Part shown: positions 40,178 through 64,000 of the stretch, piece after piece
How the letters are laid out: every line of letters begins with the position of its first letter
Position numbering within the stretch: position 1 is the stretch's first letter
From: Acanthaster planci
Lineage: Eukaryota
Length of the DNA stretch: 64,000 nt
Assembly (NCBI RefSeq): GCF_001949145.1
Contig: NW_019091356.1
Coordinates: forward strand, 1,302,789-1,366,788
Direction of reading: 5' to 3'
Position numbers and translations under genes: made by a program
The notes under the pieces: generated by a model
The model's input: the letters and a program-made list of their open reading frames with translations, nothing else
Database searches by the model: none
Told to the model about the DNA's origin: nothing

Positions 40178-43100
40178 TTAACATTTAGTGGAGAAATCTA
40201 TGTCAAACGCCTTGTCAGGAAGGCTAGCTGGTTCCTAAAGCTAGACAAACTGTGAGTTCTGTGTTGCAAGTGTGAAATTTTTCCCCTGATGGTATGCCCT
40301 AGATTGATCTCCATATCAATTTTTTTTATACACGAGAGACTTTTAATTTGGAACCAGAATGAAGGCTGGTCTACAATAATGATTGAGCACACGTGGTAGA
40401 AGAAGAAAAAATAGAGAGAATGATTGATTGCTTCTGGGTAGTAAACACCATGTAGACTGAGAAGTAACCAGACAGTAGTGAATCATACAACATCAGCACT
40501 GTGCCTTGATCTTATCTCATCAACGTGGAGAAACAAATGCTGTCAGGAGCAAGTCACTTGTTTGTTTGCTCTTTGGAATGAGATTCCTTACTTGCTGGGG
40601 AACGAAGTATGTTGTGCTCCAATCAATGGGATCTCAATTCATCAAGCCCTGTGCAAGGCCAGTGTTTCTCTTACAGCGGTACTGCATCTGTATTTCCGTT
40701 CTAAGTCATAAAAAACAGTGCCTGGTGGAGCAACAGGAGCACAGCTGGTGCCCTGTTTTGATTCCTGTATACATGTACAAGGTCTGTTGGTTCCCTGGTT
40801 CACACCTTCCCCGTTGTCCCTTAGACTTCAGCTGTTTGTCTTTAAAAGATTACAAATTGTGGTTTTACATATCAAGAAAATGTCACTCTGTTAAAGGAGC
40901 TAAAAGCTGTTTTTGTCTTTGATGCTAATGGAAGTCAAATTTTTTCAAGCTGAGAACCTTTTGTACTGAAGAATGTAATGCAACCTTTGATTGTGTGATG
41001 ATTGTAGATGACTAAATCAATGCAAGTTTTGTTTTGTTAGTGAGTATAGTTTAATGTGATCATTGTGAATGGGGAAGGAACATAATACAGAATGACTTCA
41101 GTTTAATTTTAAACACCCAGCTTCCTACATGAGTTTCAGCTGGTCATAATTTATTAGTTGGAAATTAATGCTTGTGGAACTGTTGGCGATGGCCAATCAA
41201 TCAAGGATGTTTGAATGTCTTTTTGTTGACAAAGTTAAGTCTTTGATATCTAATGTCAGCAGTGGATCCTGAAGCCAGCTCCCGATCGACACGTTGCCCT
41301 TTGACCCCCGGACTGGCGTCCGGTGGATGGTGGCCAACATTCATAGTGTGCTACTGCTTTTTACTGATTGGGATAAAATGGAGGGTGTATAAAAAGTTGA
41401 GATGGATCTTGAAAAAGTTCCTCTTGGGGTGAATGGAATGATTGGAGGAGTTGTGTTTGTTCATCAACGGGGGCAGAATGATTTTCAGGGGGAGGGCCAT
41501 TTATGAAACCATCATGCATCAGCCATTGAAGGAACTGCCAATAGTGGTGGGCCATTAGCCCCAAGGTGAAAAGAGGCGGGGGGGAAAGACTCCTCCCCCC
41601 CTTTGCTGCCAGTGATGTTCATATGGAATCAGTGTCAGATTTCCGCCCAACAAGAAAAACATCTATATATTTATTAGTTGTTTGAATCATTGGATGCAAC
41701 TACGCTAAAAGGTTCTCTCTTTAACTCAGTGTAGTTTCTGCCTTAATTGTCACTGTCCGCTTGTATCATTAGCATTTGTTAGTGTCTAAAGGGAAGTATA
41801 ACGAGATGCACCTTGCAGAGCATATTGAGAGGCGTGGCCAGGATTTATTTAGGGGCGGAGCTCAGTGGACGCCACTCTTTATAGGAGGGGTGGAGCGAGC
41901 GCTTGTTTCATTTTGGTATAGACAAATAACCGCATAAAATTTTCTTGGTGATTTTAGACCATAGTTGCTTGTGTGTCAAAGCTGGGAATTCAGCAGAAGA
42001 AAATCTTCACTCCCCCAAACCAACAAGCTAAATGTCGGAAGCATTTATGCTGCTGAGTAGGGTCACACTAATACTGATGCATGTTTGACACTTAACAGTA
42101 AAATTACGTAAGTAATAAGTAACAGTGAGTTCCACTTAGTGTTTAAAAAAAACCATGACTTATGTGTACCATATAACTGAAAAGGTTGAGTGATTGTCAA
42201 CACTTTAAACATTATTCATTATCAAAAGTAAACAAGATGGATATTTCATGAAGAAGTCTTGAGGTTTGGGGCAATACCCAGGAAATTCCGGGCAAAATGT
42301 GAAGCAACTGAATGACTGAATTTTTCCATTTGAATGTCTGCATACCTGAAATCGGGGGAACGCAAAAGGTGTAAGAATTGCACGATATGCAATTATTGGA
42401 ATTTGTTGAGATCCAGTTGTTCACTTTGACCACTGTGTGATCCAGTTTTCTCACTCTTTCATAAATAACTAAAGTAACGAGTAAGCTATTATGCAACATT
42501 TGTTCAAAATGTGGTTGATTCTTGTCCAAAAGCCTGATCATACACCTGAGTGAAGATGAGCATAATTAAAAAATAACACTCACTTAAAAACTGCAAAAGT
42601 ATGTCTACGTTATAAGAAATCACCTGTAAGAACATTTTCATGGTCGTGATATCTTGTGGGCGGATACAAGTCACTGCTCTTGGCTGGTGTTAAAAAATTG
42701 TGCTACCAATTTCTACAAATTGCATGTACATAGAAAGAAATAGTGATTGCAATTCTGTTATGTTGTGTTTTTTTTCCCATGTATGTTTTATACACCATAA
42801 CCCACAAGGGACAGCACAGCATTATGTAACATAGATGGCATTAATTTATTGAGTGGTGTACGCAGAGACCTGATCACACATAATGTGGACAAGACAAAGG
42901 GTTCTGCATTGACCGAGAGGGTGTACAAAGGAAATATTTCAAACATTTACATTTTGTGTCTTTATTACTTGGGTCATCTCCAGAAAGCTCCTAGGCAGAT
43001 GAACCTGCTTAGCAGGTACTAGTTTTGCTAAGCAGTTAATGGCATTTGGTTACCAGTTAAAGTTGTCCAGAAATAACTGATAGGAAGGTTGGCAGTTCGC

Positions 43101-44474
43101 ACCTGAGCAAGAAAGCTGTAAAACTTGAAACAGAGAGGCTATCTTGTCAAATCTTTAAGGCCATGTAAAAAATCAAAACAGTTTCTCAGCTGTGTTGTTT
43201 GAAAAAGGAAGATTGTTTAAGATGAGTTGTTTTCTATTTTAGGCTGATTTTCCCCCATGCCAGATTTCTCTTATTTTCTTGGTGCTTACACCTTTATTTC
43301 TAAAGGAGCCATCACTAAGTTAACAGTTTTTAAATCAACATCATTTGACATGCAGTGTGAAATTTGTTGATAACTTTTGAAAAAGGGAATCAGGAATAAA
43401 GAACAGGATGAAGATGAGAAACTGTTAACTATTTTTATATTTTACTTGGCCTAATGGTTTGAAATTTAGAACTGCATACCTGCTTGACAGCTTAGTGGAT
43501 TTGGCCCTTGCTGCTGATTTGGAATCCAATTAGACTGTTCTTTGAACGTGCTATTTTTGTAAGAAAGGACATAATTTTTTGTGTGATCGCTTCCTGGCAA
43601 CGTTTCTACATGTATGGATCATGGAATCATATGACATTCATGTATATACTGAGTTGGCGTCATTACACAAAATGTAATTTCATGAACATGCTTGAGGTTT
43701 TGTCTGTGTCTCATTTGTACAGTGTTCACGGAATAAGTTTATGGTAGCAAAAAAAGGGGAGGGTTGGCCAAGTCTGGAGGAAATTAGACTGGGGAGGACT
43801 TTACAATAGTTTGAAGTATGAGTGTTTGTGGTCTATAATTTGTGACAAAGTTAGGCAGTCTAAATTTATCTTGGAAACATATTAGTTACTGGAAGTAAAT
43901 GGGAATAAAATTTAAAAACTGGAATTTTGAAGTGGGTTGAAAGTCAAAATTTGCAAATTTAGGCCCCTATGCAAAACTCTGTCGAAAATTGATAATTTTT
44001 CTTCATTTACAACAAAATCTCATTCAACTTCATCAGCTTATAAAGAAAAGAAACAAAACCAGCTTTTCTTTTTATCATCGTTTTTAGTTCGCTTTAGTTC
44101 GGTCAGTGCTACTGCAAACGTCAGGCGTTTCAAGTCTGCAGTTTTTCTTTTTTTTTTTTTTAACGTATCCGAGGCTAGCTTGCTGGGGGGGGAGATACAG
44201 ACCCTTGTCGCCGAAGCTTTCTTGGGAGATGCTAAAGAGGGCGCTATGCAACGGCTATTCACCCAAGTCACAATTTGCCATTCCGACATAGGAAAAAAAT
44301 ACAAATTTCAAAAAAGTATCCTATTTTATCAACAAAATAAAATAATATCAACCTATTAATATCTGGTACGTAACCAGGGTTGATATTTTAGGAATTTGGG
44401 GTACTGTTGTAGCACATATTTATTTAACGTAACAGCACTTGCTGACTATGGTAAAAATGTGTAGGCCAACTAAA

Positions 44475-63706
<19,232 letters not shown>

Positions 63707-63714
63707 GTACGCAT

Positions 63715-63990
63715 TCATTGTGGAGGCGGGGGGGAGGGGGTTTGACTCGCGACCAGATGGTGAGGGGTTCGAATCCAGCTGCTGGCCATACGTGTAGGTA
63801 ATGTGGCCTTGGGCAAATCACCCCACCCCTACTTTCCTCTCTCCATCCAGGAAAATATAAATGGCTACCAGCATTGGCTGTGGAGTAACCAGTGATGGAC
63901 TGTTGGGGGGGGGTGAACAGTATTTTCAATCATGCCAAGAAAAGCAGAGATGAATACCAGTACGATGGGTCACACTAGCTGAGAACTGAC
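63715..63990 (+). mobile_element. tRNA-derived SINE, family A
   Basis: GGTTCGAATCC B-box, then GTGTAGGTAATGTGGCCTTGGG...CATCCAGG...TAAATGG-TACCAGCA, matching the reverse complement of 19050-19328. Confidence 0.8.
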
Positions 63991-64000
63991 TTGTCTACTC

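Overview
Eukaryotic, intron-rich animal DNA. TACATGTA/AGGCCTA-rich introns, tRNA-derived SINEs and MITEs suggest a marine invertebrate deuterostome, probably an echinoderm (inference). Four spliced protein genes were rebuilt by hand with phase-consistent GT-AG introns: FAIM (- strand, CDS 5001-1954, ~178 aa); a short CEP70 homologue head-to-head with it (+, 6568-11813, ~329 aa); an FBXL2/FBXL20 homologue (+, 14298-37171, ~430 aa, C-terminal CaaX); and SMARCC1/2 (BAF155/170; +, from 44475, running off the window after 24 exons). Most ORF-track entries are spurious. The most striking unexplained signal is the 5.2-kb SMARCC intron 18 (55468-60690). It appears to fold almost end to end into one giant Y-shaped RNA structure: an outer stem plus two ~1-1.3 kb arms of collinear, G-U-rich helices. 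This structure buries a cryptic splice acceptor and contains a decayed snoRNA copy. SMARCC introns 10 and 12 hold two intact copies of a box C/D snoRNA that is predicted to guide 28S rRNA methylation at the position equivalent to yeast Um2347. Also notable are a 9-nt candidate microexon in FBXL, RFX X-boxes around FAIM/CEP70 and a foldback-like element. All pairings were read by eye; no folding program or database search was run.
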